A stretch of DNA of 64,000 nt, taken from NCBI GenBank assembly GCA_963765675.1, contig CAVXXK010000014.1, positions 144,818 to 208,817 of the forward strand, read 5' to 3'. A program made the translations under genes and the position numbers. Positions 8,943 to 17,849 of this stretch are shown in pieces. The notes beneath the pieces are model-generated. The model was not told the origin of the DNA, did not search any database, and saw nothing but the letters and a program-made list of their open reading frames with translations. The stretch is from an uncultured delta proteobacterium (GTDB taxonomy: Bacteria; Desulfobacterota; Binatia; Binatales; Binataceae). Each line of letters starts with the position of its first letter. The stretch's first letter is position 1.

Positions 8943-9890
8943 ATGACGAATACGAATGCAGCTCGCGCGGCTGTCGCGCAGAGTCAGGCGCCCTGGGAGC
9001 AGCCATGGTGGCATGCTAAGGGACGCGACCTTTCGATCTTCCTCTGGATTGTTCTTATCCACATAACTGCGATCGTCGGATTGGTGATGTATCCGCTGCC
9101 CGGATGGCGAGTGCTGGCGGGCGCGATCGCACTGGTGTTTATCGGCGGTTTGGGCACGACAGTCGGATATCATCGCGCGATCGCGCATCGCTCGGTCACG
9201 CTTCATCCGTGGGTGCGCAGCATCCTGATTTTTTTCGCGATGTTCAACGGCTCCGGCGCGCCGACGACGTGGGCCGCGGGGCATCGGCTGCATCACGCGA
9301 AAGCCGATACGCCCGACGATATTTCGAGCCCGGTGTGGGGCGGATTCTGGTGGGCGCATCTGCGATGGCTGTGGCAGGCGGGCGAGCCTCCGGTCGAGCG
9401 CTACTGCCCAGACCTGGGCGGGGTCGAATATCGCGCGTTCCGATGGTTCCAGCCGGCGATCCTGGCGGTGTCGTATTTTGGCGGCCTGGCGTTCGGATGG
9501 CCCGCATTTTTCTGGCTCGGCGCGATTCGGCTCTGCTTCGGGCTGCATGCGCAATGCTTCGTCAACAGCGTGTGCCACACCGAGCCTGGAATTCAGATCG
9601 GCGAAGATTCCAGCCGCAACGTCGGATGGCTCGCGTTTGTGCATCTGCTTCAGGGCGAGAACTGGCATCGCAATCATCATTCGCGGCCAGGTTCGGCGCG
9701 CCTGGGATGGAGCTGGCGCGAGCCTGACGCGGGATGGATCGTGATTCGCGGGCTCGAGATGCTGGGTCTCGCGACCGACGTCCGCGCGCCCTCGCACGAG
9801 GAGCTGCGCGCGGCGCGCGCGATGCGTCGCGGCGCCCGGAGAGGGATCGCGTCCGCGCGGATTGCGGGCGAGCTCGACTCCGCGGCCTGA
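8943..9890 (+). CDS. Membrane fatty acid (delta-9 type) desaturase
   Basis: His boxes HRAIAH, HRLHH, GENWHRNHH; FVNSVCH. Confidence 0.9.
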   Translation: MTNTNAARAAVAQSQAPWEQPWWHAKGRDLSIFLWIVLIHITAIVGLVMYPLPGWRVLAGAIALVFIGGLGTTVGYHRAIAHRSVTLHPWVRSILIFFAMFNGSGAPTTWAAGHRLHHAKADTPDDISSPVWGGFWWAHLRWLWQAGEPPVERYCPDLGGVEYRAFRWFQPAILAVSYFGGLAFGWPAFFWLGAIRLCFGLHAQCFVNSVCHTEPGIQIGEDSSRNVGWLAFVHLLQGENWHRNHHSRPGSARLGWSWREPDAGWIVIRGLEMLGLATDVRAPSHEELRAARAMRRGARRGIASARIAGELDSAA

Positions 9891-10046
9891 TCGAAAAACG
9901 TACTTCGCGACATCACGATGCGACGCGCGCGCGGCGGCAACGCCCGCGCGCGTCTGCGCGTTTGCCTCTCGCGCTACGCGAGTGCGGATTGCTATGTCAT
10001 GGAGAATCGAAAACCCGGACCGGTGAAAGCAGGAGGCTCGAAAACC

Positions 10047-10496
10047 ATGTCTATGATGTCGGATTTCAAAGCGTTCGCGATGAAGGGAAACGTGGTCGAT
10101 CTCGCGGTCGGATTTATTTTGGGCGGCGCGTTCGGGAAAATCGTCACCTCGCTGGTCGGCGACGTGATCATGCCGCCGATCGGACTCGCGCTGGGCAAGG
10201 TGGATTTTTCGAGCTTGTTCATCAATCTCTCGGGGACGCATTACGCTTCGCTGGCGGCAGCCAAGGCGGCGGGCGCGCCGACGATCGCATACGGCGCGTT
10301 CATCAACACGATAATTGATTTCGTGATCGTAGCATTCGCAATGTTTATCCTGGTGCAGCAGCTCGAGCGGCTGACGCGCAAGCCGGCGCCCGCCACGGTG
10401 CCGACGATCAAGCAGTGCCCGTTCTGCCTGAGCGATATTCCAGTCGCGGCGACCAAGTGCGCGCACTGCACGGCAGAGCTCAAAGCGGCGGCGTGA
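10047..10496 (+). CDS. mscL: Large-conductance mechanosensitive channel with C-terminal zinc ribbon
   Basis: [31 protein letters not shown]; C-terminal CPFC...CAHC; AGGAGG RBS at 10031. Confidence 0.95.
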   Translation: MSMMSDFKAFAMKGNVVDLAVGFILGGAFGKIVTSLVGDVIMPPIGLALGKVDFSSLFINLSGTHYASLAAAKAAGAPTIAYGAFINTIIDFVIVAFAMFILVQQLERLTRKPAPATVPTIKQCPFCLSDIPVAATKCAHCTAELKAAA

Positions 10497-10595
10497 AAAC
10501 TCGCGCGGCCGACGCGAAGCGTCATCAGTATGTGTGCGGATAGATCGCGTCGCCGGCGGGTCTGACCTCTTGCTCTGAAAGGGACGTGCAAAGAT

Positions 10596-10630
10596 CGCGA
10601 GAGCCTGTCCTGAGCGGGTCGAAGGAAATC
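10596..10630. repeat. Partial REP family B copy
   Basis: cgcgagagcctgtcctgagc...gaaggaaatc matches about 5571-5606. Confidence 0.7.
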
Positions 10631-10692
10631 TCGCCCTCGGCGTTAGCACATGCTCGGACCTCCATCTGTTGATCGAGAGTCCGGAGCGAGAT

Positions 10693-11445
10693 TCAAGCCG
10701 GGCGGAAAACGAAGAAGTCCACCGGCTCGACTACGGACTCGTGCGACGGACGTGCGGCCGCATGTTTGCGCACGGCCGCGAGGCCGGCTTCGAATTCGCG
10801 ATCTGAAAGTTGAATCAAAATCGAATCCGCTCGATGCGCGAGCTTCGCTGCGTACGCGTCCCAGCTCTCGGCGGCCTGGCTGGGCACCAGCTCGTGCGCG
10901 ATCAAACGAAATCCCGCCGCGGCGAAAATCGATTCGATGCGCGCTTGCGATGTCAGAGACTTGTTCAAGATCGGTCGAGTGCCGGGGAAGAACGGGACGT
11001 ATGCGTACGACTCGCATCGCTCCACAGTTCCGGCGCGCAGACAGACAGCGCCGTTCGAGCGCAGCACGCGGCGGCATTCCTGCGCGACGCGATCAGGATG
11101 CGCAAAGTGATGAAAGACCATCGACATGAACGCCAAATCCATCGACGCATCGGCGAGCGGCAGCGTTTCTCCCGACGCCTGCTCGTACCGCACCTTCTCG
11201 GATACTTTCCTGCGAGCCTCCGCGAGCATCTTTTCCGACGGATCGAGCGCGACCACGCGCGCATCGAAATGATTAGCGAGCGCCGCGGAGTAACGGCCGG
11301 TGCCGCAGCCGATATCAACGATGTCCGAAACGGTTCCCTGGGGAACCCATCGCGAAATCACGCCGAGCCAAAAAGCCAGCACCGCGGGCGGGTAGCTGCG
11401 CCCCGCGTCGTACGATGGCGGCATCCGGGTCTTGTCGTAATCCAT
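10693..11445 (-). CDS. Class I SAM-dependent methyltransferase
   Basis: IVDIGCGTG motif I, LDPSEKML, LPLADASMD. Confidence 0.9.
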   Translation of the reverse strand: MDYDKTRMPPSYDAGRSYPPAVLAFWLGVISRWVPQGTVSDIVDIGCGTGRYSAALANHFDARVVALDPSEKMLAEARRKVSEKVRYEQASGETLPLADASMDLAFMSMVFHHFAHPDRVAQECRRVLRSNGAVCLRAGTVERCESYAYVPFFPGTRPILNKSLTSQARIESIFAAAGFRLIAHELVPSQAAESWDAYAAKLAHRADSILIQLSDREFEAGLAAVRKHAAARPSHESVVEPVDFFVFRPA

Positions 11446-11453
11446 CTAGCCGC

Positions 11454-12600
11454 TCACGCCTTCGCGCAGATGAAGATCGACGCCCGTGCGCCGAGGATCG
11501 CGATCTGCATCGCCTTCTCGATTCGGATGCGCCGGCGGGCCGCGAGCTCGCGCATCAGGGTCCATTCGGCCGAGAGCAGGACCATCCGGCCACCCGGAGC
11601 CAGGACGCGGTTGAACTCCGCGATCCACGCCGGATAAAGCTTGCGGTTCTCGCCGTGCGTGCCGTAGCGGATTCCCCACGGCAGATTGGTGACGATTTTG
11701 GTGACGCTCGAATCGCCGAGCGGCAGCGCCGCGGCGTCCCATCCTTCCAGCCGGATCGGCTTGTAGCGCGGTCCGACGTTCCGCCGCGCGGCGGCCAGCG
11801 CGTCGGCGTCGCGATCGCTGCCGATAAGTTCCGCGTAGCGGCCAAGGCTGGCGCGCTCGATCAGGATTGTTCCCGCGCCGCAAAATGGATCGAGCACGAC
11901 ATCGCGCCCGTCCACGCCCGAGAGCCATCCTAGAGCCGCCGCCGCTGCCGGGCGCAGCGACGCGGGGCGATGCGCCACCTTGTAATCGCGATGCCGCATC
12001 GCCTCGCTCGAGAGCCGGACCGCGAGCAGCAGCTCGGACTCGAACATCGTGGCCCAGAACTCGACGTCGGCCTCGTTGTCGTCGTGGCGCCAGGTATGGT
12101 CGGTGCGCTCGGAGATTCCGCGTTCGACTGCGTGCTGCAGATCGACCCGGCGAAACTCATGCTCGCCTGCTTGCCGCGCGACCACACGGTAGCGGAGCCG
12201 CCGTCCTCCGCGCGCCTTGGGATCGAATCGCACGCGCGCTAGAACTCCTGATTCGACGAGAGGAGCATCGCGCGCCGCCGCGCGAATCCTATCCGGCGTG
12301 ACGGCTTCAGGATCGGGGCCGGCGCGGTAGCCGACCAGCGCGAAAATATCCTCGGCGCATCGCAGACGCACCAGAGGCGGACGGATCCGGCGCGGAGAAA
12401 ATCGCCATCCCGCAGCGCTCCGGAACTATCCGCTGTCCGACTTCGCGCGCGCGCGGCACCCGCGCCAGGATTTCGCTGGTCGCGATCGCCTCGAACCCGG
12501 GCTGGGTCTGCGCGATGTACTGGTTCGGCCCGAAGTGCAGCGCCTGTGGCGCCGGACGCGGCGTGCGTTTTGCCCGGACCTGATGTTGAAACCGGTTCAC
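11454..12600 (-). CDS. THUMP-domain RNA (m2G-type, UPF0020) methyltransferase, +1 frameshift near 12375
   Basis: RPASLRP, LDPFCGAGTI, TNLPWG. The N-terminus (TQPGFEAIA) lies in a different frame and is joined by removing one base. Confidence 0.75.
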
Positions 12601-12633
12601 GGCTTTCCTTGAGCCGCGTTCGGCGGTGGCTCT

Positions 12634-13197
12634 CTACTTGGTGCGCGACAGATATTCGTGAGTCTCGGTGTTGATCGTGATGGTGTCGCCGGTGTTGACG
12701 AAGTGCGGCACCTGAATCACCAGCCCGGTCTCGAGCGTCGCGTTCTTGAGCGTGTTGGTAACGGCGGCGTTGCGATTTCCAGGCTCGGTCTCGATCACCT
12801 TGAGCGTGACCGTCTTGGGCAGCGTGACGTTGAGCGGCGTTGTCTCGTGGAACTCGACTTCGACTTCGAGATTGGGCGTAAGGAAGCCCGCCACGTCCTC
12901 GATCAGCTCCTTGGGAATCGTGATCTGATCGTAGGTCTCGGTGTTCATGAAGTGGTAGTCGTCGCCGTCCTGGTAGAGGAACTGCATCTTGAGCTGGGAC
13001 AGGATGATACGCTCGACGCGGTCTTCAGAGCGGAAGCGGTTTTCGGTCTGCGATCCGGTCTTGATATTGCGCAGCTTGGTCTGGACCATCCCGCGCCAGT
13101 TACCGGGCGTGATATGTGTGATCGTCATCACGCGCCACAGGTCCTTGTTGTACTCGACCACCATCCCGGCGCGCAGCTGCGTCGCTTGAATCAACAT
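12634..13197 (-). CDS. efp: Elongation factor P
   Basis: LRAGMVV...TPGNWRGMVQTKLRNI...FMNTETYDQ...ATLETG...VPHFV...EYLSR. Confidence 0.95.
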   Translation of the reverse strand: MLIQATQLRAGMVVEYNKDLWRVMTITHITPGNWRGMVQTKLRNIKTGSQTENRFRSEDRVERIILSQLKMQFLYQDGDDYHFMNTETYDQITIPKELIEDVAGFLTPNLEVEVEFHETTPLNVTLPKTVTLKVIETEPGNRNAAVTNTLKNATLETGLVIQVPHFVNTGDTITINTETHEYLSRTK

Positions 13198-13274
13198 TGT
13201 AGATGCACTCTCGACTCGAAGATTAAGAACGAAAACTTATCCAACGCGGACTATCGGAGCAAGGACGCGCGGCG

Positions 13275-14741
13275 TTACGGAATCAGGCGGCGATACCACG
13301 GGGTTGACGGCGGCATGTAGCCCGGAGGATAGCCGTAGCCCGGCGCGGGATAGCCGTAGCCAGGTGCGCCGTAACCCGGAGGATAGCCGCCCGGATACAC
13401 AGGTGCGCCGTAGGGACTTCGATACGCGTACGGCGATCCGTAGCCGTAAGGGCTCGCGCCGGGAACGACCATGACGGGCGGCCCGCTCGCGGTGCTCATC
13501 CCTTCGCTGTTCGCGTCGACCGATGCTTCGACAAAATTGCTGCCCAGGCCGTATGCGCGAATCGAGGCTTGCTGCCCCGGTGCCATCTGGAAGACGACGT
13601 CAAACGAATTGTAGGCGCCGGCGCCGATCGGAATCGACTTCATCAGGTGGCCGTTCTCGTAGACGCCTGCGCGATGCACTCCCGCGCCGGAGATCTGTCC
13701 GATTACTTCGTAGCTGCCCGGCTGCGCCGGCGACGGCATCACGCCGAGCACGTTTATCTGCACGTTGGTCAGGGGTCCCTCGACGCCTCCGGGCAGCCTG
13801 CGTCCGGGCGCGCCGGTTGCGTCTTCGGAGCCGTCGGCACGCGGAATCTCTTCGGTATTGTTGCGAGGACCAGGAATTGCGGCCGGATCGGCCGAGGCAA
13901 CCGCCTCGGAATCGAGTTCTCCACCGCCGAGCTCGATCATCTTTTCACGGCCGTCATGCGAATGCGTCAGCGCGGCCGCATCCGGCGCGAGCTGCGCTCG
14001 AGCAACGCGTCCGAGCGCGTCGGTCACCTCGAGCGTCTGCGAAGGCGACGGATCCTGCAATCCGAAATCGAAATTCACGCGCTGCTCGCCGCTCACGTCG
14101 CTGACCGCAATCGTCTTGATAGCGGTCGAGCCGTCGAAGATTCCCGCCGAGCGGAGATCGGTGCCTTCAAAGAATCCACGCACCCGCACGCCGCCGCCCG
14201 TAAACGATCTCGAGCTGATCACGACTTGCGGAGCTTTCGGAGCTTCCGGGGGCAGGCTCGCCGATGGAGTCAAAGGACTGGACGCCGGCGGAGCGCTGGT
14301 TGCGACCGGTCCCGCGACCGGCGTCACCTGCGCTTCGAGCGCCGCGATTTGTCCCTTGATTGAATTCCATTGCGGCAGATCCGGCGCTCCCTTGACCGCG
14401 CGCGCCGCGTCGATTTGATTACGGTCTTTCACGATCGCCGCCATCGCATGGCCCGCCGCCGCGCGGTCGCCCTTGTCGAGCGCGCCGCTCAGCGATTGCG
14501 CGTCGCTGGCGAGGCTCGCGACTGGCGGCAGCATAGCGCCCGCCTTCGCGTCGGCGTCGATCGAGTTGAGCATCGCAAAAGCGGCGTCGCTAAGTCCGGA
14601 CGCTACCGCCTGCGGGGAATCAGCGCGCGTAGCGACGGGAGCAAACACCGCGAGCGCGAATGCCAGAATCGCCGCGGACGCTCGGACGGCCCGAGTCCGA
14701 ATCGTATCGCGCAGACAAAGAAAGTTCCGTACGGTTCGCAT
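13275..14741 (-). CDS. Hypothetical exported protein with Pro/Gly/Tyr-rich C-terminal tail
   Basis: Signal-peptide-like N-terminus (...PVATRA); tail of PGYG/PYG repeats. Confidence 0.65.
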   Translation of the reverse strand: MRTVRNFLCLRDTIRTRAVRASAAILAFALAVFAPVATRADSPQAVASGLSDAAFAMLNSIDADAKAGAMLPPVASLASDAQSLSGALDKGDRAAAGHAMAAIVKDRNQIDAARAVKGAPDLPQWNSIKGQIAALEAQVTPVAGPVATSAPPASSPLTPSASLPPEAPKAPQVVISSRSFTGGGVRVRGFFEGTDLRSAGIFDGSTAIKTIAVSDVSGEQRVNFDFGLQDPSPSQTLEVTDALGRVARAQLAPDAAALTHSHDGREKMIELGGGELDSEAVASADPAAIPGPRNNTEEIPRADGSEDATGAPGRRLPGGVEGPLTNVQINVLGVMPSPAQPGSYEVIGQISGAGVHRAGVYENGHLMKSIPIGAGAYNSFDVVFQMAPGQQASIRAYGLGSNFVEASVDANSEGMSTASGPPVMVVPGASPYGYGSPYAYRSPYGAPVYPGGYPPGYGAPGYGYPAPGYGYPPGYMPPSTPWYRRLIP

Positions 14742-14758
14742 CGCCCCCGCGATTCACC

Positions 14759-14896
14759 TCAGGAGGATTGTTTGTACCGATCCGCAGTCAGCTTGATCTG
14801 CCGGCCAAGCTTCAGGAACAACTCGCCTTCGTTGTAAATGAAGAGCGCGAGCGCGCCTGCCACCCCAATAATCAGTCCTAGAAGAAACGCACCCAT
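14759..14896 (-). CDS. Small single-TM protein (45 aa)
   Basis: MGAFLLGLIIGVAGALALFIY... with GAGGAG RBS upstream. Confidence 0.6.
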   Translation of the reverse strand: MGAFLLGLIIGVAGALALFIYNEGELFLKLGRQIKLTADRYKQSS

Positions 14897-15058
14897 CTTC
14901 AGGCTCCTCAAGACACAACTATAGTCCAACTTGCATCCATAAAAGAAACCAGATTTCACGATGCTCGGGGGTCCAAATCCGGGCAGGTTGTGGCGCCGCG
15001 CGGTGATCTGTTAGTAAAATCCTTCCTGATATACTCGTGATCTGACGCCGTCTGTAAA

Positions 15059-16066
15059 GTGGGACATCCTGACATCAATGCTGCGGGTTCGTCGCAGGCG
15101 CTCTCCGCCTCGGGCGACTACCGTGCGCTGCGCGACGGTGCGGGTGCGATCGCGCTTGGCGAGCGCATCGTCGTCCGCGTGACCGGCGACGACCGCGTTT
15201 CGTTTCTCCACGGGATGAGCAGCAACGATATCAAGCAGGCGAGCGCGGGCACGGTGATGCCGGCGCTGTTCCTGACCGAGCATGCACATCTGATCGCGGA
15301 CTTTTTCGCGTGGATCGAACCCGACGCGATTCTTATCGAGATCGATTCCGCGCTATGGACCCGCGCGCGGGCGCATCTGGAAAAGCTGCTGGTCGCCGAC
15401 GACGTCGAGTTCGAGGAGCTGACCGAGCTTGCTGTGATCGATATCGAAGGTCCGCGCGCCGCCGAGGCGGTTCGCGCCGTTGCGGGCGAGAAAGCCGCGG
15501 CGCTCGGCGAATGGAGTTTCGTCCGCGCCGACGACGTGACGGTCGGCAATTTGCCGCGACTCGGATCGAGTGCGTTTACGATTCTGGCGCCGGCTGAAAA
15601 GACCGTGTCGATCCTGGCACAGATAACCGCGCTCGGCCCCGATTTTCGCGCAGTCGGCGCCGATGCGCTCGAAATCGTCCGAGTCGAGAACGGACTGGCG
15701 CTGACCGGCGTCGATACTGTCGAGAAGACTATCGCGCTCGAAGCGCGGCTTGACCGTGCAATCTCGCTGCGCAAGGGATGCTACGTCGGCCAGGAGACGA
15801 TCGAGCGCGCCACCGCCCGCGGCGGACTCCGCAAGCGCCTGTTCGGACTGCGAATCGAGGGCGCGCGCGCGCCGCAGCCAGGATCACCCGTGATGCTCGC
15901 CGGAAAGGAAGTAGGGCGCGTGACCAGCGTGGTGCATTCGCCGAAGCTCGGCGTGATCGCTCTCGCGATCCTGAATCAGAGCGCGTGGGCGCAAGCCTCG
16001 GCGCTTTCGATCGCCGATCCGGCCGGCGAAATCATAGCGCGGACGAGCGAGATTCCGTTCCGTTGA
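15059..16066 (+). CDS. ygfZ: Folate-binding Fe-S repair protein, YgfZ/GcvT family
   Basis: KGCYVGQE signature; VTGDDRVSFLHG. Confidence 0.9.
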   Translation: MGHPDINAAGSSQALSASGDYRALRDGAGAIALGERIVVRVTGDDRVSFLHGMSSNDIKQASAGTVMPALFLTEHAHLIADFFAWIEPDAILIEIDSALWTRARAHLEKLLVADDVEFEELTELAVIDIEGPRAAEAVRAVAGEKAAALGEWSFVRADDVTVGNLPRLGSSAFTILAPAEKTVSILAQITALGPDFRAVGADALEIVRVENGLALTGVDTVEKTIALEARLDRAISLRKGCYVGQETIERATARGGLRKRLFGLRIEGARAPQPGSPVMLAGKEVGRVTSVVHSPKLGVIALAILNQSAWAQASALSIADPAGEIIARTSEIPFR

Positions 16067-16070
16067 TGGT

Positions 16071-16107
16071 TACAATCATTAAAGCAGTACTTTAAGTTTT
16101 AAAGGAG
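16071..16107 (+). promoter_or_regulatory. Putative -10 box, palindromic operator and RBS for the desulforedoxin-like operon
   Basis: TACAAT at 16071-16076; TTAAAG-N5-CTTTAA at 16079-16095; AAGGAG at 16102-16107. Confidence 0.45.
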
Positions 16108-16115
16108 CAAGCGCA

Positions 16116-16259
16116 ATGGCAAACACCCTGGGTAAACGTTACCAGTGCGAAAAGTGCGGCACCGAGGTCCTGTGCAACAAGGCCGGCACCGGCGAGCTCG
16201 AATGCTGCGACCTGCAGATGAAGATCAAAGAGGCCAAGCCGCTTCCTTCGTCTGACTAG
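16116..16259 (+). CDS. Desulforedoxin-like small protein (47 aa) with C-terminal KPLPSSD tail; not in ORF track
   Basis: MANTLGKRYQCEKCGTEVLCNKAGTGELECCDLQMKIKEAKPLPSSD; C-x2-C-x15-CC; AAGGAG RBS 8 nt upstream. Confidence 0.88.
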   Translation: MANTLGKRYQCEKCGTEVLCNKAGTGELECCDLQMKIKEAKPLPSSD

Positions 16260-16287
16260 CCAGCGCCGCGCGCCGCATCGGATCGCA

Positions 16288-17847
16288 GTGGCTGCCACCT
16301 CCGCCAAGGCCGATCTCGTCCTCCATCAGGGCGTGATTTTCGGGCATCGCGATAGCGACTCGGTCGCGGTCAGCGGAGGCCGGATCGTAAGCCACGGCCC
16401 TTATTCGGAACTCAAGGCGCTGGTCGGGCCGAGGACGCATCTGATCAAGCTCGCGGGGCGCACACTCGCGCCCGGTTTTGTGGATGCGCATCTCCATTTT
16501 CTTGAAGCTGCTTCCGCCGTCAGCGGGCTCGCGGTATGGCGATGCCGCAACCTTGCGGATCTGCTGGCAGACCTGCGCGTCGGCGCGGGACGGACTCCGC
16601 CGGGCAACTGGCTGCGCGCGTTCGGATGCGACGAGGCGCTGCTCGCGGGCAAACGCGGCCCGACGCGCGACGAGCTTGATCAGGCGGTCGCGAAGAATCC
16701 GCTGAGGCTGCGGCATCAGACGCTCCATGCTTCATGGCTCAACACTCGTGCGATAAATCAGCTAGGACTCGAAGCCAAAGATTTTCGTCCGCCCCCCGGC
16801 GCCACGATGTTCCGTGACGGAACCGGCAGGCTGACAGGCCTTGTGGTCGGGATGGAAGAGTGGCTGACGCATCATCTGCCGCTCGTGACCAAGGCTGAGC
16901 TCGAGGCGCGCGCGCGCACGATGAGCCGCGAGCTATGCGCTGCCGGAGTAACTGCGTTCACCGACGCAACCGTGCGCAACGGCCCCGAAGAGGTCGAGCT
17001 GTTCGCGAGGCTCGCCGCCTCGGGCGCGATCTGCCAGCGCGTCGCGATGATGGTCGGCGCGCGGCATCTGGAAGCCGCCACCAAAAGCGCGGAGGTTGCG
17101 CACGCCGCCGGAATCCGGCTGGCGGGACTCAAGTTCATGCCCGGCAGCGCCTATGACGGCTCGACCGCGGCGCGCCGCGTGCGCATCGCTCTCAGCAGCG
17201 GACTTGACTGCGCGTTTCATGCGACCGAAGTCGAGGAGCTGGACGAAGCGCTCGAGGCGATCGAGCTCGCGCAGCGCCAGATCGGCGCAGCCAAGACGCC
17301 TGCGGTATGCCGAATCGAGCACGGCGGCGTCATCTCGCCGGATCACATCGCGCGAATCGTGGCTGCGCGCGCGTGGATCGTCACCAATCCCGGTTTCATT
17401 TATTTTCGCGGACCCAAGTACTCAGCCGAGGCGGGACTTGCGCCGCATCTGTATCGTGCCGCCTCGCTGCGCGCGGCCGGAATCGAGCTGGCCGGCGCTT
17501 CCGACGCTCCGGTGACGCCCGCGCGTCCACTCGTCGGTGTGGCCGCCGCAATCTCCCGCGCGACGATCGACGGCAATGTCCTCGGCGCCGAAGAGCGGCT
17601 TGCTCCCGCCGAGGCGTTCGCGCTCTTCACGCGCGACGGCGCCCGCCTCCAGCGCCTGGAGGCCGGCGAGATTGCGCCGGGGATGCTCGCCGATATGGTG
17701 GTGCTCCAGCGCGACCCGATGACGCTCGGTCCCGCCGAGTTGCTCGCGCTCAACGTCGATATGACCCTTATCGCGGGCCGCGTCGTGTACGAACGCGGCC
17801 GTCCCGCGGTCGCCCACAGCGACAGCGCGGATCTTCATTCAGCCTGA
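16288..17847 (+). CDS. Amidohydrolase_3 (YtcJ-like) metal-dependent amidohydrolase
   Basis: PGFVDAHLH, FHA, RIEH, SDAPV, G..ADMVVL motifs. Confidence 0.88.
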   Translation: MAATSAKADLVLHQGVIFGHRDSDSVAVSGGRIVSHGPYSELKALVGPRTHLIKLAGRTLAPGFVDAHLHFLEAASAVSGLAVWRCRNLADLLADLRVGAGRTPPGNWLRAFGCDEALLAGKRGPTRDELDQAVAKNPLRLRHQTLHASWLNTRAINQLGLEAKDFRPPPGATMFRDGTGRLTGLVVGMEEWLTHHLPLVTKAELEARARTMSRELCAAGVTAFTDATVRNGPEEVELFARLAASGAICQRVAMMVGARHLEAATKSAEVAHAAGIRLAGLKFMPGSAYDGSTAARRVRIALSSGLDCAFHATEVEELDEALEAIELAQRQIGAAKTPAVCRIEHGGVISPDHIARIVAARAWIVTNPGFIYFRGPKYSAEAGLAPHLYRAASLRAAGIELAGASDAPVTPARPLVGVAAAISRATIDGNVLGAEERLAPAEAFALFTRDGARLQRLEAGEIAPGMLADMVVLQRDPMTLGPAELLALNVDMTLIAGRVVYERGRPAVAHSDSADLHSA

Positions 17848-17849
17848 TC

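Noticed and set aside
8739-10649. 636-aa minus-strand ORF and similar long overlapping ORFs (33917-35620, 31582-33138, 47629-48813)
   Set aside because: Antisense shadows of well-supported genes in high-GC DNA, with Arg-rich, motif-free translations.
16116-16259. Dx1 as a RiPP precursor or a superoxide reductase fragment
   Set aside because: The Cys spacing fits a folded metal site, no recognised RiPP maturase (radical SAM, YcaO, Lan) is adjacent, and no SOR catalytic domain follows in any frame.
17307-17849. Long N-terminal extension of the first crotonase in the ORF track
   Set aside because: Overlaps the amidohydrolase in another frame; the ATG at 17850 gives a normal-length protein.
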